A DNA stretch of 64,000 bases from an uncultured Gammaproteobacteria bacterium (GCA_963827755.1 CAWHCQ010000012.1:64001-128000), one strand, 5' to 3'; counted from the stretch's first letter, positions 20,724-32,962 are shown. Notes: generated from the letters alone by a model not told the origin. A program made the numbers and translations.

Positions 20724-22634
20724 TTATTGATTCTCGCGCTCCGGTATATGGATGGTCGCTTTTTCATTCAAGGCCGCCATCACAGCACTCATATCGGCTG
20801 CACCCTGAACCCCGGCCAATTCCTGCATCAACTGCTTGCGTGCGGATTCGTCCAAAGATTCAAATCGACCGTCGTTGACCTCTTCCAGCTGGACAAGCGC
20901 GTAGTTTCCATCTTCCATTACAAAACCATCTGAACTGACCTGGCCATCCCCGGGTGCGACCAGTGAGAAAACCCTGCTTACAAGGCTGCGCTGCGGAGTA
21001 GAGGCATTTCGGTCAAGTAATTTCGTTCGTCCCACGTCAAGCGCCTGTTGAGCGGCAATCTGCTCGAGTGTGGTACCAGACTGCAAGGATGCCAGTAACC
21101 CGGTCCCTTTTGCCTTTGCCAGGGACCGTGCCTGCTCATCCTGCAGACGTTGCCTGATGCTTTCGCTGACCTCTTCAAGTGGTCTAGGCTCGGCCTTGCG
21201 GTGTTCCAGCACACGAACTACAACGATGTGATCCCCGTCCAGCTCCAGGGTATTGCTGTTATTACCGTCCTGTAATACATCATCACTGAAAGCGGCATCA
21301 ACTACCAAAGGGTTTTCCCCGATACCGGGGCCACCATCAAGGCCAATCCAGTCACTTGTCTGTATTGCGAGACCAAGTGCGCTGGCGGCATCCTCCAGGG
21401 TGTCCGGGTGCTCGAAGGCAAGGTTGGAAAGAATTTCCGATTGTTCGAAGTAGAGATCACCGCGCTCAACACTCAAAAACTGGTTGGTCAACGCTTCCCT
21501 GACTTCCTCAAACGGTTTGACAATTTGCGGCTTGATGTCGAGCAACTCGATAATATGCAGACCATAGGATGAGCGGATCGGCGCGCTTCGTTCTCCCACC
21601 TGCATTTCAAAAACGGCATTTTCAAATTCAGGCACCATGATACCGCGGGCGAAGAAACCAAGATCACCGCCTTCGGATGCCGAACCCGGATCCTCGGAAA
21701 CCTCACGTGCAAGGACATCAAAGGCCTCGCCGGCATCAAGCCGTTTTACGATTTCTTCAGCCTTGCGTGTTGCAGTGGCGATACTTGCCTCATCTGTACC
21801 CTGAAACAATACCAGGATATGACGTGCGTGACGTTCTTCTTCGCTGGTAAAACGTTCAGCCTCCTCCTCGTATAGCGCCCGTATTGTCGCCTCATCCGGT
21901 TCGGTATTCACAACCAGATTCGCAGCATTCAGCTCGATGTATTCCAGCTTGACCTTTTGCGGACTCATGTATTCCTGGCCATGTGCCTGGTAATATTGCT
22001 CGACATCCGCCTCTGTTACATTTACCTGGTAACTGAATCTCGAAACGGGCAGGATTAAATAGCTGAAACGCCGCTGCTGACCTTGCAGTCGATAAGCCAG
22101 CTCAAGTTCATTCGGTGTGGGTACTGCCGTTTTTACAATGCCCGAACGCAGCTGATCGGATATAATACCCCGCCTCAACTGGCCTTCGAAATCGGCCGGG
22201 GACATGCCCTGGTTGGCGAGTGCCCGCTCATAACGCTGTTTTGAAAACTTGCCTTCGGTTTTGAATACGTTTATGGAATTGATTTGTGCGGCAAGCTGCT
22301 GGTCACTGCCGGCAAAGCCCCCGTCAGCCGCTTCCTGAAACAACAGTTCTTCATTGATCAGTTGTCTCAGCCCTGTCTCCCTCAGCAGGGACTCGTTGAG
22401 CGTGGCGGGATCAAATGAACCGCCCATCATCTCCTCCATACGCTTTCTGAGGCGCTGGTATGCAAGGTTCTCCTGACGACTGCTTATTTCAACGCCATTG
22501 ACAGAAGCTGCATAGATGGCTTTATCGCTATCCAGGTAGGAATTCAGACCAAAGAATGCAAATGCGATAAAGAGGATGCCGAGGATGAACCAACCCACGA
22601 TCCCCATAACGCGTTCTCGGATTGCCAGTAACAT
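20724..22634 (-). CDS. ppiD: Periplasmic chaperone/peptidyl-prolyl isomerase D
   Basis: N-terminal TM anchor, SurA-N domain and parvulin domain (ARHIL...SEDPGS..GGDLG..MVPEFE); downstream of hupB. Confidence 0.93.
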   Translation of the reverse strand: MLLAIRERVMGIVGWFILGILFIAFAFFGLNSYLDSDKAIYAASVNGVEISSRQENLAYQRLRKRMEEMMGGSFDPATLNESLLRETGLRQLINEELLFQEAADGGFAGSDQQLAAQINSINVFKTEGKFSKQRYERALANQGMSPADFEGQLRRGIISDQLRSGIVKTAVPTPNELELAYRLQGQQRRFSYLILPVSRFSYQVNVTEADVEQYYQAHGQEYMSPQKVKLEYIELNAANLVVNTEPDEATIRALYEEEAERFTSEEERHARHILVLFQGTDEASIATATRKAEEIVKRLDAGEAFDVLAREVSEDPGSASEGGDLGFFARGIMVPEFENAVFEMQVGERSAPIRSSYGLHIIELLDIKPQIVKPFEEVREALTNQFLSVERGDLYFEQSEILSNLAFEHPDTLEDAASALGLAIQTSDWIGLDGGPGIGENPLVVDAAFSDDVLQDGNNSNTLELDGDHIVVVRVLEHRKAEPRPLEEVSESIRQRLQDEQARSLAKAKGTGLLASLQSGTTLEQIAAQQALDVGRTKLLDRNASTPQRSLVSRVFSLVAPGDGQVSSDGFVMEDGNYALVQLEEVNDGRFESLDESARKQLMQELAGVQGAADMSAVMAALNEKATIHIPERENQ

Positions 22635-22680
22635 ATTTTAATCTCTCGGGAATAATTACCAGTGTCGTGGCTCGGTAGTT

Positions 22681-22714
22681 AAAACAAAGAAAGGGCACCT
22701 TCCGGTGCCCTTCG
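22681..22714 (-). terminator. Intrinsic terminator after tRNA-Asp
   Basis: Minus strand GAAGGGCACC-GGAA-GGTGCCCTTT-CTTTGTTTT. Confidence 0.8.
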
Positions 22715-22724
22715 ATGTTCACTA

Positions 22725-22801
22725 TGGCGGAGTGGACGGGACTCGAACCCGCGACCCCCGGCGTGACAGGCCGGTATTCTAACCAGCTGAACTACCACTC
22801 C
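22725..22801 (-). tRNA. tRNA-Asp(GTC)
   Basis: GGAGTGGTAGTTCAG...CTGTCAC...GGTTCGAGTCC...CCA, 77 nt. Confidence 0.97.
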
Positions 22802-22808
22802 AGATCCT

Positions 22809-22884
22809 TGGTGGGTGCTGAGGGGATCGAACCCCCGACATTCGCCTTGTAAGGGCGACGCTCTCCCAGCTGAGCTAAGCACCC
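22809..22884 (-). tRNA. tRNA-Val(TAC)
   Basis: GGGTGCTTAGCTCAG...CTTACAA...GGTTCGATCC...CCA, 76 nt. Confidence 0.97.
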
Positions 22885-22893
22885 GAAGGCGCG

Positions 22894-23166
22894 CTAGTTT
22901 ACGGCATCCTTGAAGGCTTTGCCAGCCTTGAAACCAGGAGATTTTGATGCCTTGATCTGAATGGTTTCACCCGTTTGCGGATTGCGGCCCGTCCTGGCGG
23001 CGCGCTCACGAACAGAGAAAGTACCGAAGCCCACCAGGCCTACCTGGTCGCCCTTGCCAAGGGTGGCAATTATGGTGTCCAGTACGGCTTCTGTTGCACT
23101 TGTGGCATCGTTCCTTGAAAGTCCTGTTGATTCGGTTACAGCATCGATCAGTTCAGATTTATTCAT
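22894..23166 (-). CDS. hupB: DNA-binding protein HU beta
   Basis: MNKSELID...GFGTF...GRNPQTGE; follows lon. Confidence 0.97.
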   Translation of the reverse strand: MNKSELIDAVTESTGLSRNDATSATEAVLDTIIATLGKGDQVGLVGFGTFSVRERAARTGRNPQTGETIQIKASKSPGFKAGKAFKDAVN

Positions 23167-23292
23167 TTAAGGCATCCTCGGTTTAAAATATTGTTTATTA
23201 CAGGTAGCAGATAATAACCCGCACTCAAGAACCACGCCCACAGTGGCCACACTTCAAGAATCAGGCGGTATTAAAACACAGTTAATCAACGC

Positions 23293-23338
23293 AAAAAACC
23301 CGCTGACACCAGAATCAGGCACTGGTTGCCAGCGGGCT
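23293..23338 (-). terminator. Intrinsic terminator after lon
   Basis: Minus strand CCCGCTGGCA...TGTCAGCGGG-TTTTTT. Confidence 0.75.
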
Positions 23339-23357
23339 GTCAGACATTACAGACAGA

Positions 23358-25784
23358 TTAGTGAGCGATTATCGGTTTTTCCTTCGCCTTACCCTTGGGC
23401 TTGGCTGCCTTGGCTGGCGCCTCCTTGGTTTCACTGTCAGGCAGCGGGTCCGGCTGGTGCAGCAAGGCGACCTGCAAGACCTCGTCAATCCACCGGACCG
23501 GATGGATATCCAGCTTGTCTTTCACGTTCTTCGGAATTTCCGCCAGATCCTTCCGGTTTTCCTCCGGAATCAGTACGATAGATATTCCTCCACGATGGGC
23601 CGCGAGGAGTTTTTCCTTCAAGCCGCCAATCGGAAGCACTTCGCCCCGCAGGGTGATCTCACCCGTCATGGCGACATCCGCGCGTACCGGGACACCTGTG
23701 AGGGCCGATACCAGGGCCGTACACATGCCGACACCCGCACTTGGCCCGTCCTTCGGCGTTGCCCCTTCCGGGACATGAACGTGAATATCAAGTTCCTGAT
23801 AAAACTCGGGATCAATACCCAGGTGGTCAGCCCGGCTGCGAACCACCGTGGTCGCGGCCTGGATTGATTCCTGCATGACGTCACCCAGCTGGCCGGTATA
23901 AATCATTTTACCCTTACCCTTGAGCGTTGTTGCCTCTATCGTCAGCAGCTCACCACCGACCTCGGTCCAGGCAAGGCCGGTGACCTGGCCAACCTGGTCA
24001 TGCTCTTCTGCACGACCATAGCGAAAACGTTTGACACCAAGGTACTTTTCAAGATTTCTCGGGGTAATCGAAACCTTGTGACCCTTTTCTTTCAGCACCA
24101 GTTCCTTGACCACCTTGCGGCAAATCTTGGATATCTCGCGCTCGAGATTACGCACACCGGCTTCACGGGTATAAAATCTCACAATATCCCGAATAGCGTT
24201 CTGGCTGACGGATATTTCACCATCCTTCAGGCCATTGTTTTCGATCTGCTTTGACAACAGGTAGCGCATGGCGATATTGATTTTTTCATCTTCCGTGTAC
24301 CCCGGAATGCGTATGACCTCCATACGATCCAGCAGGGGTGCCGGGATGTTCATGCTGTTTGCAGTCGCCACGAACATGACGTCTGACAGGTCAAAATCAA
24401 CTTCCAGGTAGTGGTCATTGAAGGTGTTGTTCTGCTCGGGATCCAGCACTTCCAGCAGGGCCGATGACGGATCGCCACGGAAATCCATGGACATCTTGTC
24501 AAGTTCGTCCAGCAAAAACAGTGGATTGCGCGCACCCAGCTTGGCCAGGTTCTGCACTATCCTGCCGGGCAAGGAACCAATGTAAGTACGGCGATGACCA
24601 CGAATCTCGGCCTCATCACGTACCCCGCCGAGGGACATACGGGTAAATTTACGCCCGGTTGCGCGCGCAATAGAACGGCCCAGGGACGTCTTGCCGACAC
24701 CCGGAGGACCAACCAGGCAGAGGATAGGCCCCTTCAGTTTCTTGACGCGCTGCTGTACCGCCAGGTATTCAAGGATGCGCTCCTTTACCTTGTCGAGGCC
24801 ATAGTGGTCCGCTTCAAGGACATCCTCGGCAACTGTCAGGTCGTGGCAAATCTTGGTGCGTTTTTTCCACGGCACACTTACCAGCCAGTCTATATAATTT
24901 CTGACAACAGTCGCCTCGGCAGACATCGGAGACATCATCTTCAGCTTGTTCATTTCAGAGGTGGCCTTATCCTTGGCCTCTTTACTCATGCCGGCCTTTT
25001 TGATCTTCTGCTCCAGCTCTTCCAGTTCATTGGGTACATCGTCCATGTCGCCCAGTTCTTTCTGGATGGCCTTCATTTGCTCATTGAGATAATACTCGCG
25101 CTGACTCTTTTCCATCTGCTGCTTGACACGGCCACGAATACGTTTTTCGATCTGCATGATATCGATCTCGCCTTCGATCAGGACCATCAAACGCTCAAGT
25201 CGCTCACGGCAATTGTTGATCTCGAGGATCTTCTGTTTTTCTTCCAGCTTGAGCGACATATGTGCCGCAATTGTGTCGGCAAGGCGTCCGGGCTCATCGA
25301 TACCGGACAGCGATGTCAGGATTTCGGGGGGTACTTTCTTGTTGAGCTTGACGTACTGCTCAAACATTGCCATCAGGGACCGGGTCAGAACTTCAAGTTC
25401 CTGTTCGTCAGTTTCTTCTTCAGATACCAGGGTCTCGATATTCGCCGTAAAGAACGCATCGGTATTTTCATAACCCGTGACGCGCACACGCTCGGCACCC
25501 TCAACCAGCACCTTGACGGTTCCATCGGGTAATTTCAGCAATTGCAGGATTGTGGACAGCGTGCCTATTTCGTGAATATCTTCAACTGCAGGGTCGTCAA
25601 TCTCGGCATTCTTCTGCGCGATCAGGAGGATCTTCTTGTCTTCCTGCATTGCCGTATCAAGCGCGTTGATCGATTTTTCGCGGCCAACAAACAGCGGAAT
25701 GACCATGTGCGGGTAGACGACAACGTCCCTGAGTGGCAAAACCGGTATCGCGCTTGTGGTTTGATCTGTCATGTCATTGTCCAT
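23358..25784 (-). CDS. lon: Lon protease
   Basis: GPPGVGKTS Walker A; PKDGPSAG catalytic serine motif. Confidence 0.98.
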   Translation of the reverse strand: MDNDMTDQTTSAIPVLPLRDVVVYPHMVIPLFVGREKSINALDTAMQEDKKILLIAQKNAEIDDPAVEDIHEIGTLSTILQLLKLPDGTVKVLVEGAERVRVTGYENTDAFFTANIETLVSEEETDEQELEVLTRSLMAMFEQYVKLNKKVPPEILTSLSGIDEPGRLADTIAAHMSLKLEEKQKILEINNCRERLERLMVLIEGEIDIMQIEKRIRGRVKQQMEKSQREYYLNEQMKAIQKELGDMDDVPNELEELEQKIKKAGMSKEAKDKATSEMNKLKMMSPMSAEATVVRNYIDWLVSVPWKKRTKICHDLTVAEDVLEADHYGLDKVKERILEYLAVQQRVKKLKGPILCLVGPPGVGKTSLGRSIARATGRKFTRMSLGGVRDEAEIRGHRRTYIGSLPGRIVQNLAKLGARNPLFLLDELDKMSMDFRGDPSSALLEVLDPEQNNTFNDHYLEVDFDLSDVMFVATANSMNIPAPLLDRMEVIRIPGYTEDEKINIAMRYLLSKQIENNGLKDGEISVSQNAIRDIVRFYTREAGVRNLEREISKICRKVVKELVLKEKGHKVSITPRNLEKYLGVKRFRYGRAEEHDQVGQVTGLAWTEVGGELLTIEATTLKGKGKMIYTGQLGDVMQESIQAATTVVRSRADHLGIDPEFYQELDIHVHVPEGATPKDGPSAGVGMCTALVSALTGVPVRADVAMTGEITLRGEVLPIGGLKEKLLAAHRGGISIVLIPEENRKDLAEIPKNVKDKLDIHPVRWIDEVLQVALLHQPDPLPDSETKEAPAKAAKPKGKAKEKPIIAH

Positions 25785-25914
25785 CCGTTTTTGAGTAAGT
25801 CATGTACCACCGGGGTGTTTCGCGGCAATCCGTCAGAATATTGTCGCAATCATTCTTTCGCCCGGCACCCTGCCTGTCAATGCTTCTGTTGATTCAATCT
25901 GCACTGTTACTGAA

Positions 25915-25941
25915 AGTGGGGGCAGATTGTTCGAGTTCAAG
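25915..25941 (-). promoter_or_regulatory. Sigma32 heat-shock promoter of lon
   Basis: Minus strand CTTGAA-N13-CCCCCACT versus consensus CTTGAA-N13-15-CCCCAT. Confidence 0.7.
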
Positions 25942-25967
25942 CGTTTCCTGACAGACAATCACAATAG

Positions 25968-25984
25968 AGCAAGGAGTGTGCCAA
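25968..25984 (-). promoter_or_regulatory. Sigma54 (-24/-12) promoter upstream of lon
   Basis: Minus strand TTGGCAC-ACTCC-TTGCT, a full match to TGGCAC-N5-TTGCW. Confidence 0.65.
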
Positions 25985-26041
25985 CAAGAGGGTATTGGCC
26001 AGCAATTAGTATAACTTGCTGTTTATATTGACATATTTAAT

Positions 26042-27313
26042 TCACTCGGACGCGGCCAGCTGTTCCGAAGCGTCAAAAATCATGTAGGGCTTGCTGTTTC
26101 CAAGGATAACGCTCTCATCAATGACCACTTTTCTGACGTTATCCATGGAGGGTAGATCGTACATGGTATCGAGCAGCACCTGCTCGAGAATGGTGCGCAA
26201 ACCGCGGGCACCGGTCTTTCGCGCCATCGCCTTGGTGGCGACAGCCCGCAAGGCATCATCGCGGAACTCTATCTCGCAGCCTTCCATTTCAAAGAGTTTC
26301 TCGTACTGCTTGGTGAGGGCATTTTTTGGCTCTGTAAGAATCTGCACCAGGGCGTCTTCATCGAGTTCTTCCAGCGTTGCCACAACCGGCAGGCGACCGA
26401 CAAATTCCGGGATCAAGCCGTACTTGATCAGGTCCTCCGGCTCCACATCGTAGAGGATCTCACCCAGGTTGGCCTCATCGTCCTTGCTCTTTACCTCGGC
26501 TGCAAAGCCGATACCGCCGGTCTCGGAACGGCCACGGATAATCTTGTCGAGACCGGCAAATGCGCCACCGACAATAAACAGGATATTCGAGGTATCGACC
26601 TGCAGAAATTCCTGCTGCGGATGCTTGCGACCGCCCTGTGGAGGCACGGAGGCAACTGTCCCTTCAATCAGTTTGAGCAGTGCCTGCTGCACACCTTCAC
26701 CGGACACATCACGGGTAATCGAGGGGTTATCGGATTTCCTGGAAATCTTGTCGATCTCGTCTATGTAAACAATACCCGTCTGCGCCTTGTCCACATCATA
26801 ATCACACTTCTGCAAGAGTTTCTGGATGATATTTTCAACATCCTCGCCCACATAACCGGCTTCTGTCAGTGTTGTTGCATCCGCAATGGTGAACGGAACA
26901 TCCAGTAAACGGGCCAGCGTTTCTGCCAGAAGGGTCTTGCCGGAACCGGTTGGACCGATCAGCAGGATGTTGCTTTTTGAAAGCTCGACACCGTCTTTCT
27001 TGTTCTTGAATTCAAGCCGCTTGTAGTGGTTGTATACAGCAACAGCCAGCACCTTCTTGGCAGCGCTCTGGCCGATTACATACTCATTGAGTATATCGTT
27101 GATTTCCTGGGGCTTGGGTAGTTTTGCGTCGCCGGAGGCTGCCTTTTCCTGCATCTCCTCGCGGATAATATCGTTACAGAGTTCGACACACTCGTCACAG
27201 ACAAAGACAGAAGGACCTGCGATCAGCTTGCGCACTTCATGCTGGCTTTTGCCGCAGAAGGAACAGTAGAGCAGCTTGCCGTCTTCACCCTTGCCGTTAC
27301 GATCATTGCTCAT
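26042..27313 (-). CDS. clpX: ATP-dependent Clp protease ATPase subunit
   Basis: CSFCGK zinc finger, GPTGSGKT and IGF loop. Confidence 0.98.
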   Translation of the reverse strand: MSNDRNGKGEDGKLLYCSFCGKSQHEVRKLIAGPSVFVCDECVELCNDIIREEMQEKAASGDAKLPKPQEINDILNEYVIGQSAAKKVLAVAVYNHYKRLEFKNKKDGVELSKSNILLIGPTGSGKTLLAETLARLLDVPFTIADATTLTEAGYVGEDVENIIQKLLQKCDYDVDKAQTGIVYIDEIDKISRKSDNPSITRDVSGEGVQQALLKLIEGTVASVPPQGGRKHPQQEFLQVDTSNILFIVGGAFAGLDKIIRGRSETGGIGFAAEVKSKDDEANLGEILYDVEPEDLIKYGLIPEFVGRLPVVATLEELDEDALVQILTEPKNALTKQYEKLFEMEGCEIEFRDDALRAVATKAMARKTGARGLRTILEQVLLDTMYDLPSMDNVRKVVIDESVILGNSKPYMIFDASEQLAASE

Positions 27314-27464
27314 GTCACGTCCTCTGGATAATCAATAAGGAACCTGCCTGACAGATTTGTATCACTGATTGTGACAACGAATCAACTCCTGCAAGCCATG
27401 GTTGCCAAATTCACCTCGACTCGTACGGTAATTGACAACCAGCAGCCGGGGCCATCTTACCCGA

Positions 27465-28109
27465 CTATATTTCATCAGCATCTTCACGCTGATTCAGTAT
27501 TTTGTCGATCAAGCCATAATCCCTGGCGGCCTCCGCACCCATGAAATTGTCCCTTTCGGTATCCCGCTGGATCTTCTCCATTGGCTGGTTGGTATGCCTG
27601 GACAATATCAGGTTGAGCTTCTCCCTGATGAGGAGAATCTCCTTGGCATGGATATCGATATCAGTTGCCTGCCCCTGGTACCCGCCAAGTGGCTGATGGA
27701 TCATCATTCGGGAATGCGGTAAACAGACACGCTTGCCGCTGGAACCGCCGGCCAGCAAAAGCGCACCCATGCTGGCCGCCTGGCCGATACACATTGTACT
27801 GACATCCGGTTTGATAAACTGCATGGTGTCATAGACTGCCAGCCCTGCTGTCACTGACCCACCCGGCGAATTGATATACAGGTGAATATCCTTGTCAGGG
27901 TTTTCTGACTCGAGAAACAGTAACTGCGCAACAATGACATTGGCCATATAGTCTTCAACAGGCCCGACTACAAACACCACCCGCTCCTTGAGCAGACGCG
28001 AGTAAATATCATAGGAGCGCTCGCCGCGAGCGGTCTGCTCGATAACAATCGGTACCAGATTCAGGGCTTTCGTATCCTGTGCACTATTCATATGTCTGTT
28101 ATCGGTCAT
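27465..28109 (-). CDS. clpP: Clp protease proteolytic subunit
   Basis: [23 protein letters not shown] and IHQP motifs. Confidence 0.98.
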   Translation of the reverse strand: MTDNRHMNSAQDTKALNLVPIVIEQTARGERSYDIYSRLLKERVVFVVGPVEDYMANVIVAQLLFLESENPDKDIHLYINSPGGSVTAGLAVYDTMQFIKPDVSTMCIGQAASMGALLLAGGSSGKRVCLPHSRMMIHQPLGGYQGQATDIDIHAKEILLIREKLNLILSRHTNQPMEKIQRDTERDNFMGAEAARDYGLIDKILNQREDADEI

Positions 28110-28115
28110 TCAATT

Positions 28116-29405
28116 TTATCCTTGAGACTGTATGGCCTGGTCGACCAGCTCGGCAAAACTGGTCTCCCGGTCTGTAACATCGATGCCGCTGTTCGCTACA
28201 ACCCATTCAACAACCTGCTCTTCGATGACCGAAGACTGAACATTGGCAAGCATATCCTGGTTGCCATAATACCACTGCACAACCTCCTCGGGTTTCTCGT
28301 AGGAAGCGGCAATTGTATCGACGACACCACGCACCCGGTCCGGGTCAACCATAATGTTGTTCTGTTTGACGATCTCCGAAACCAGCACGCCCAGTTTCAC
28401 CCGCCTCTCTGCCGTGGCTTCCAGGGCAGATGGATCCATCCCCTTGCCTGACTCCTGTGATTGCAGCTGCTGTATCTCGGACTCGATCATGATTCGCGGC
28501 ACGTCAACAGGATTACATTTCACCAGGCCGCTGAACACCTGTTCCTTCATCTTTGAAGCAACCAGCCCATCGAGTTCACGCTGCATATTGTTGCTGACTT
28601 CGTCCCTCAATCCTTCCATTCCGTTTTCATCAACACCGAAAGCACGGGCAAAATCATCATCCAGCTCAGGCAGAACCTGTTCGGAGACCGAGTGAACCTT
28701 TACCCTGAATTCAGCCTCCTTGCCAGCGACTTCAGCGGCCTGGTAGTCATCCGGAAAGGTTATCTTTACGGTCCTGTCATCACCGGCTGAGGCTCCTGTC
28801 AGCTGATCCTCGAAACCCGGTATCATGGTGTTCGATCCCAGCTCAAGCGACATCTGCTCGGCCTTGTTTCCCGCGAAAGGTGCGCCATCGATGCTTCCCT
28901 CGAAATCAATAATAACCTGGTCACCCTGCTGCGCCGGGCGTTCAACAATATTCCAGGTCGCACGTTGCTTGCGTAAATTCCCCAGCATGTTGTCGATATC
29001 TTCCTTGATGATCTCGACAATCGGCCGGGTAACCGCGAAGTCATATTTCAGCGAATCGGGAAGTTCCGGGAATACTTCAAACGTTGCAACATACTCCAGC
29101 GGCCCACCCGGCTGCACCGATTTCGTTTCTATGCTTGGCTGACCGACCGGGCGGATATTCTCCCGCGACAAGGCCTCCTGCAAGGTTGAATTGACCACCT
29201 GGTCAACCACCTCGAGACGAACCTGTTGACCATACTTCTTCTCAACGACCTTCAGCGGTACCTTACCCGGCCGGAAACCATCAAGGCGGACGGTCTTGCT
29301 CATGGAGGCAAGGCGAGACTGCACCTCCTGCTCGACACGCTCGGAGGGTACCTGCACCGTCATCCGTCGCCCCAGGCCACCGGTATTTTCTACTGACACA
29401 TCCAT
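28116..29405 (-). CDS. tig: Trigger factor
   Basis: GFRPGKVP ribosome-binding motif; FKBP domain (IPGFEDQL). Confidence 0.97.
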   Translation of the reverse strand: MDVSVENTGGLGRRMTVQVPSERVEQEVQSRLASMSKTVRLDGFRPGKVPLKVVEKKYGQQVRLEVVDQVVNSTLQEALSRENIRPVGQPSIETKSVQPGGPLEYVATFEVFPELPDSLKYDFAVTRPIVEIIKEDIDNMLGNLRKQRATWNIVERPAQQGDQVIIDFEGSIDGAPFAGNKAEQMSLELGSNTMIPGFEDQLTGASAGDDRTVKITFPDDYQAAEVAGKEAEFRVKVHSVSEQVLPELDDDFARAFGVDENGMEGLRDEVSNNMQRELDGLVASKMKEQVFSGLVKCNPVDVPRIMIESEIQQLQSQESGKGMDPSALEATAERRVKLGVLVSEIVKQNNIMVDPDRVRGVVDTIAASYEKPEEVVQWYYGNQDMLANVQSSVIEEQVVEWVVANSGIDVTDRETSFAELVDQAIQSQG

Positions 29406-29496
29406 TCCATCACCTCTTAACGTGTTTTAGACCCGCGCAGGCCAGTCTCTGACCCTGTATCGCAAGCTGTTGTTCTATATACACTGTTTGAATTAA

Positions 29497-29581
<85 letters not shown>

Positions 29582-29832
29582 TGCTTTGCCATGACTCCGG
29601 GCCTTCATACGTAACCCAACGGACATTTAATCTGAAATTATAACGATTTATCGAACAATTGCGCACCCCTGATTTGAACCGGCATGTGCATCAAAAATCC
29701 CTGACATGCCCGGGTCAGGAGGCCCTCCTTCATCCCACGGTCCGGCACAGGGAAACACCCCTGCTGTCTGCGGTCAAATTACACACCTGGTTGGGAATCT
29801 GCAGCAAGGATGCTGTCTGCCGCCTTTGTGAA

Positions 29833-29908
29833 TGGTGGGCCGTGTAGGATTCGAACCTTCGACCAAGTGATTAAGAGTCACCTGCTCTACCAACTGAGCT
29901 AACGGCCC
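29833..29908 (-). tRNA. tRNA-Lys(CTT)
   Basis: GGGCCGTTAGCTCAG...GACTCTTAATC...CCA, 76 nt; one A-A mismatch in the T-stem. Confidence 0.94.
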
Positions 29909-29914
29909 TGTAAA

Positions 29915-29991
29915 TGGGGTGGACGATGGGACTCGAACCCACGACGACTGGAATCACAATCCAGGGCTCTACCAACTGAGCTACGCCCACC
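29915..29991 (-). tRNA. tRNA-His(GTG)
   Basis: G(-1)GTGGGCGTAGCTCAG...ATTGTGATT...CCA. Confidence 0.96.
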
Positions 29992-30024
29992 ATAAAACTC
30001 TCAAGCTGTCCGACTCGTCACAAC

Positions 30025-30101
30025 TGGCGCGCCCGGCAGGATTCGAACCTGCGACCCTCGGCTTAGAAGGCCGATGCTCTATCCAGCTGAGCTACGGGCG
30101 C
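30025..30101 (-). tRNA. tRNA-Arg(TCT)
   Basis: GCGCCCGTAGCTCAG...CTTCTAAG...CCA, 77 nt. Confidence 0.96.
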
Positions 30102-30143
30102 AAGAAAAATCTGCAGGCCAGACTACTCGTACCTTGTCAAATC

Positions 30144-30220
30144 TGGTCGGGGTAGAGAGATTCGAACTCCCGACATCCTGCTCCCAAAGCAGGCGCGCTA
30201 CCAGGCTGCGCTATACCCCG
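30144..30220 (-). tRNA. tRNA-Pro(TGG)
   Basis: CGGGGTATAGCGCAG...CTTTGGGAG...CCA, 77 nt. Confidence 0.96.
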
Positions 30221-30468
30221 TATTGTTCAGCTGTTCACAGACCTGCGACACAAGCCTGACAGCGCAACCCGGCGATGATACGTTCAACCTCAAAAAGGGT
30301 CAAATTCTCCACGGCTGAATCCTGTCGACCAGTTCACCTGCCGGCCCGTATTCAGGGGCATTACTGACTGATCCACGATTTCCCGAGGGAGATAGACCGA
30401 GTTGTGCCGGATCGCCGTCACATGCGAGAATCCCGGTCCTTTCCCGGCGCAGAGACCCTGTTGAAACA

Positions 30469-31323
30469 ATGACCGCTAAACTGATCGATGGCAAGGCAAT
30501 AGCCGCCGTAGTCAGGCAATCCGTCAAGCAGCGGATCGATGAACGCCTGCAAAACAAACAACGTCTTCCGGGGCTTGCCGTCATTCTCGTTGGCCAGGAT
30601 CCGGCCTCTGAAATCTACGTGCGCAACAAACGCAAGGCCTGCGAAGAGGCCGGCCTGCTCTCACGTTCCTACGATCTCCCCGCCGGAACCTCGGAAAAAG
30701 ACCTTCTCGACCTGGTTGGGCAGTTGAACTACGACGATTCGATTGACGGCATACTCGTCCAGTTGCCGCTCCCTGAACACATCGATGCCGACAAGGTCAC
30801 TGAATTTATCAGGCCAGACAAGGATGTAGACGGCTTCCATCCCTACAATATCGGCCGGCTGGCCCTGCGGCGCCCGTCACTGCGCTCCTGTACACCGCGC
30901 GGTGTAATCACCCTGCTGGAACATACCGGCGAGACGTTTTACGGTCGCGAGGCCGTCGTGGTCGGTGCATCCAACATCGTCGGCCGCCCGATGGGCCTCG
31001 AGCTGTTACTGGCTGGCTGCACGGTCACCACCTGTCATCGCTTCACCGAGAACCTCGACCGGCATGTTGGCGGGGCCGATATTCTTGTCGTTGCTGTCGG
31101 CAAGCCCGGCATCGTACCCGGCAAGTGGGTAAAACCCGGTGCCACCGTGATCGATGTCGGCATTAACCGCCGCGAAGATGGCAGTTTTGTGGGTGATGTT
31201 GAGTTTGACAGTGCCTTTGAAAGGGCCGGGTGGATTACTCCCGTGCCCGGCGGAGTCGGTCCGATGACCGTCGCCACCCTGCTTGAAAACACACTGTTTG
31301 CGACCGAAGAACTGCACGACTGA
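30469..31323 (+). CDS. folD: Methylenetetrahydrofolate dehydrogenase/cyclohydrolase
   Basis: [22 protein letters not shown] and [11 protein letters not shown] motifs. Confidence 0.98.
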   Translation: MTAKLIDGKAIAAVVRQSVKQRIDERLQNKQRLPGLAVILVGQDPASEIYVRNKRKACEEAGLLSRSYDLPAGTSEKDLLDLVGQLNYDDSIDGILVQLPLPEHIDADKVTEFIRPDKDVDGFHPYNIGRLALRRPSLRSCTPRGVITLLEHTGETFYGREAVVVGASNIVGRPMGLELLLAGCTVTTCHRFTENLDRHVGGADILVVAVGKPGIVPGKWVKPGATVIDVGINRREDGSFVGDVEFDSAFERAGWITPVPGGVGPMTVATLLENTLFATEELHD

Positions 31324-31380
31324 CCGCGCAGGCCGTTTCGAACCCGGGCAGACGGTCTCGGGACAGGCCACTCGCGGACG

Positions 31381-32784
31381 TCACTTGCGTCGCCATGTGG
31401 TACCGGCCGGGCCATCTTCTATAACCACACCCGCGGCATCCAGCTGGTCACGTATGCCGTCCGCCTTCGCCCAGTCCCTGGCTTCACGTGCGGCAATGCG
31501 ACTCGCAAGCAAGGCCTCGACCCCGGCTTCTGTCAGCCCGGGTACGAGTTCGTCCGCCACGGGCGCGGATTCGCGAAAGTAGATCTCGGGGTCCGCTTGC
31601 AGCAAACCCAGGATATTGCCGAGGGCCTGGAGACAGGCGGCAAGTGAGGCCGCCTTCTCCGGCGCGGAATCCCTGTGCCTGTTAATCTCTCGCGCAATTT
31701 CAAACAATACGGCAATGGCTTCCGGGGTATTGAAATCATCATCCATGGCCTTGTGAAAGGCCCCGCGATGGTCAGCACACCCCGGCCCGTCCTGCCGTAC
31801 CGCTGGCATGCCCCTGAGAGCGGTATACAATCTTGCCAGCGCCGCCTTGCTGTTATCGAGATTCTCCTGTGAATAATTCAGGGGACTGCGGTAGTGGCTT
31901 GCAAGAATAAAATAACGCACCTCTTCGGCACGGTAGCGTTTCAATATCTCGCGGACAGTGAAAAAATTACCCAGGGACTTGGACATCTTCTCATCGTCCA
32001 CCCTGACAAACCCGTTATGCATCCAGTAGTTTACAAAGGTCTCCCCGGTTGCCGCCTCGGATTGCGCGATTTCGTTCTCATGGTGCGGGAATTTCAGATC
32101 CATGCCACCGCCGTGAATGTCGAAGTGCGGCCCGAGACAGCGCGTGGACATGGCCGAACACTCGATATGCCAGCCCGGCCGCCCGTTGCCCCAGGGTGAA
32201 GGCCAGCTGGGCTCATCCGGCTTGACGCTCTTCCAGAGGACAAAATCAAGCGGGTCTTTCTTTGACTCATCGACAGCGACACGCGCACCTGCCTGCAGGT
32301 CTTCGAGATTCCTTCCCGAGAGTTTCCCGTACGCATCGAATGTGCCAACCGCGTAATAGACATCGCCATTCTCACCCTGGTAGGCGTACCCCTTCTCCAC
32401 CAGTGAGCTGATCATGGCGATAATGTCATCCATCGAGGTGGTCGCCATCGGCTCCTCGTCCGGCGGTATCACGCCGAGGGCCGCGGCATCCTCGTTCATG
32501 ATATCGATAAAGCGGGTGGTCAACTCGTGAATGCTCTCGCCGTTTTCAATGGCCCGCGCAATGATCTTGTCGTCGACGTCGGTGATATTGCGCACATAGG
32601 TGACCTGAAAACCAAGCTCCCTGAGATAACGGACAACCACATCGAATACCACCATGACGCGGGCATGCCCCAGGTGGCAATAGTCATAAACGGTCATGCC
32701 ACAGACGTATATACGAATCTTGCCCGGCTCGATCGGGACAAAGACATCCTTGCGATTCGTAAGCGTGTTATAGATCTCCAGCAT
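31381..32784 (-). CDS. cysS: Cysteine-tRNA ligase
   Basis: [25 protein letters not shown] and KMSKS motifs. Confidence 0.98.
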   Translation of the reverse strand: MLEIYNTLTNRKDVFVPIEPGKIRIYVCGMTVYDYCHLGHARVMVVFDVVVRYLRELGFQVTYVRNITDVDDKIIARAIENGESIHELTTRFIDIMNEDAAALGVIPPDEEPMATTSMDDIIAMISSLVEKGYAYQGENGDVYYAVGTFDAYGKLSGRNLEDLQAGARVAVDESKKDPLDFVLWKSVKPDEPSWPSPWGNGRPGWHIECSAMSTRCLGPHFDIHGGGMDLKFPHHENEIAQSEAATGETFVNYWMHNGFVRVDDEKMSKSLGNFFTVREILKRYRAEEVRYFILASHYRSPLNYSQENLDNSKAALARLYTALRGMPAVRQDGPGCADHRGAFHKAMDDDFNTPEAIAVLFEIAREINRHRDSAPEKAASLAACLQALGNILGLLQADPEIYFRESAPVADELVPGLTEAGVEALLASRIAAREARDWAKADGIRDQLDAAGVVIEDGPAGTTWRRK

Positions 32785-32962
32785 CTTCAGTATTCCACTC
32801 TATTTTCACATTGCCTGTCAGGAAATAGCCGGTGTGTACCTGGCGCGGCCATGGTAACGGAAAGCGGTTCATGCTACAAAAGCGCATCGTCGGCCAACGG
32901 ACTTGTAAAGATGGCCAGAGTTTATATGATTGGGGTTTGGCATAATGAAAATGGAGTATTTT

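Noticed and set aside
30300-30468. ZMP/ZTP riboswitch upstream of folD
   Set aside because: The characteristic GACUGGCG...GCCUGGGC elements were not found.
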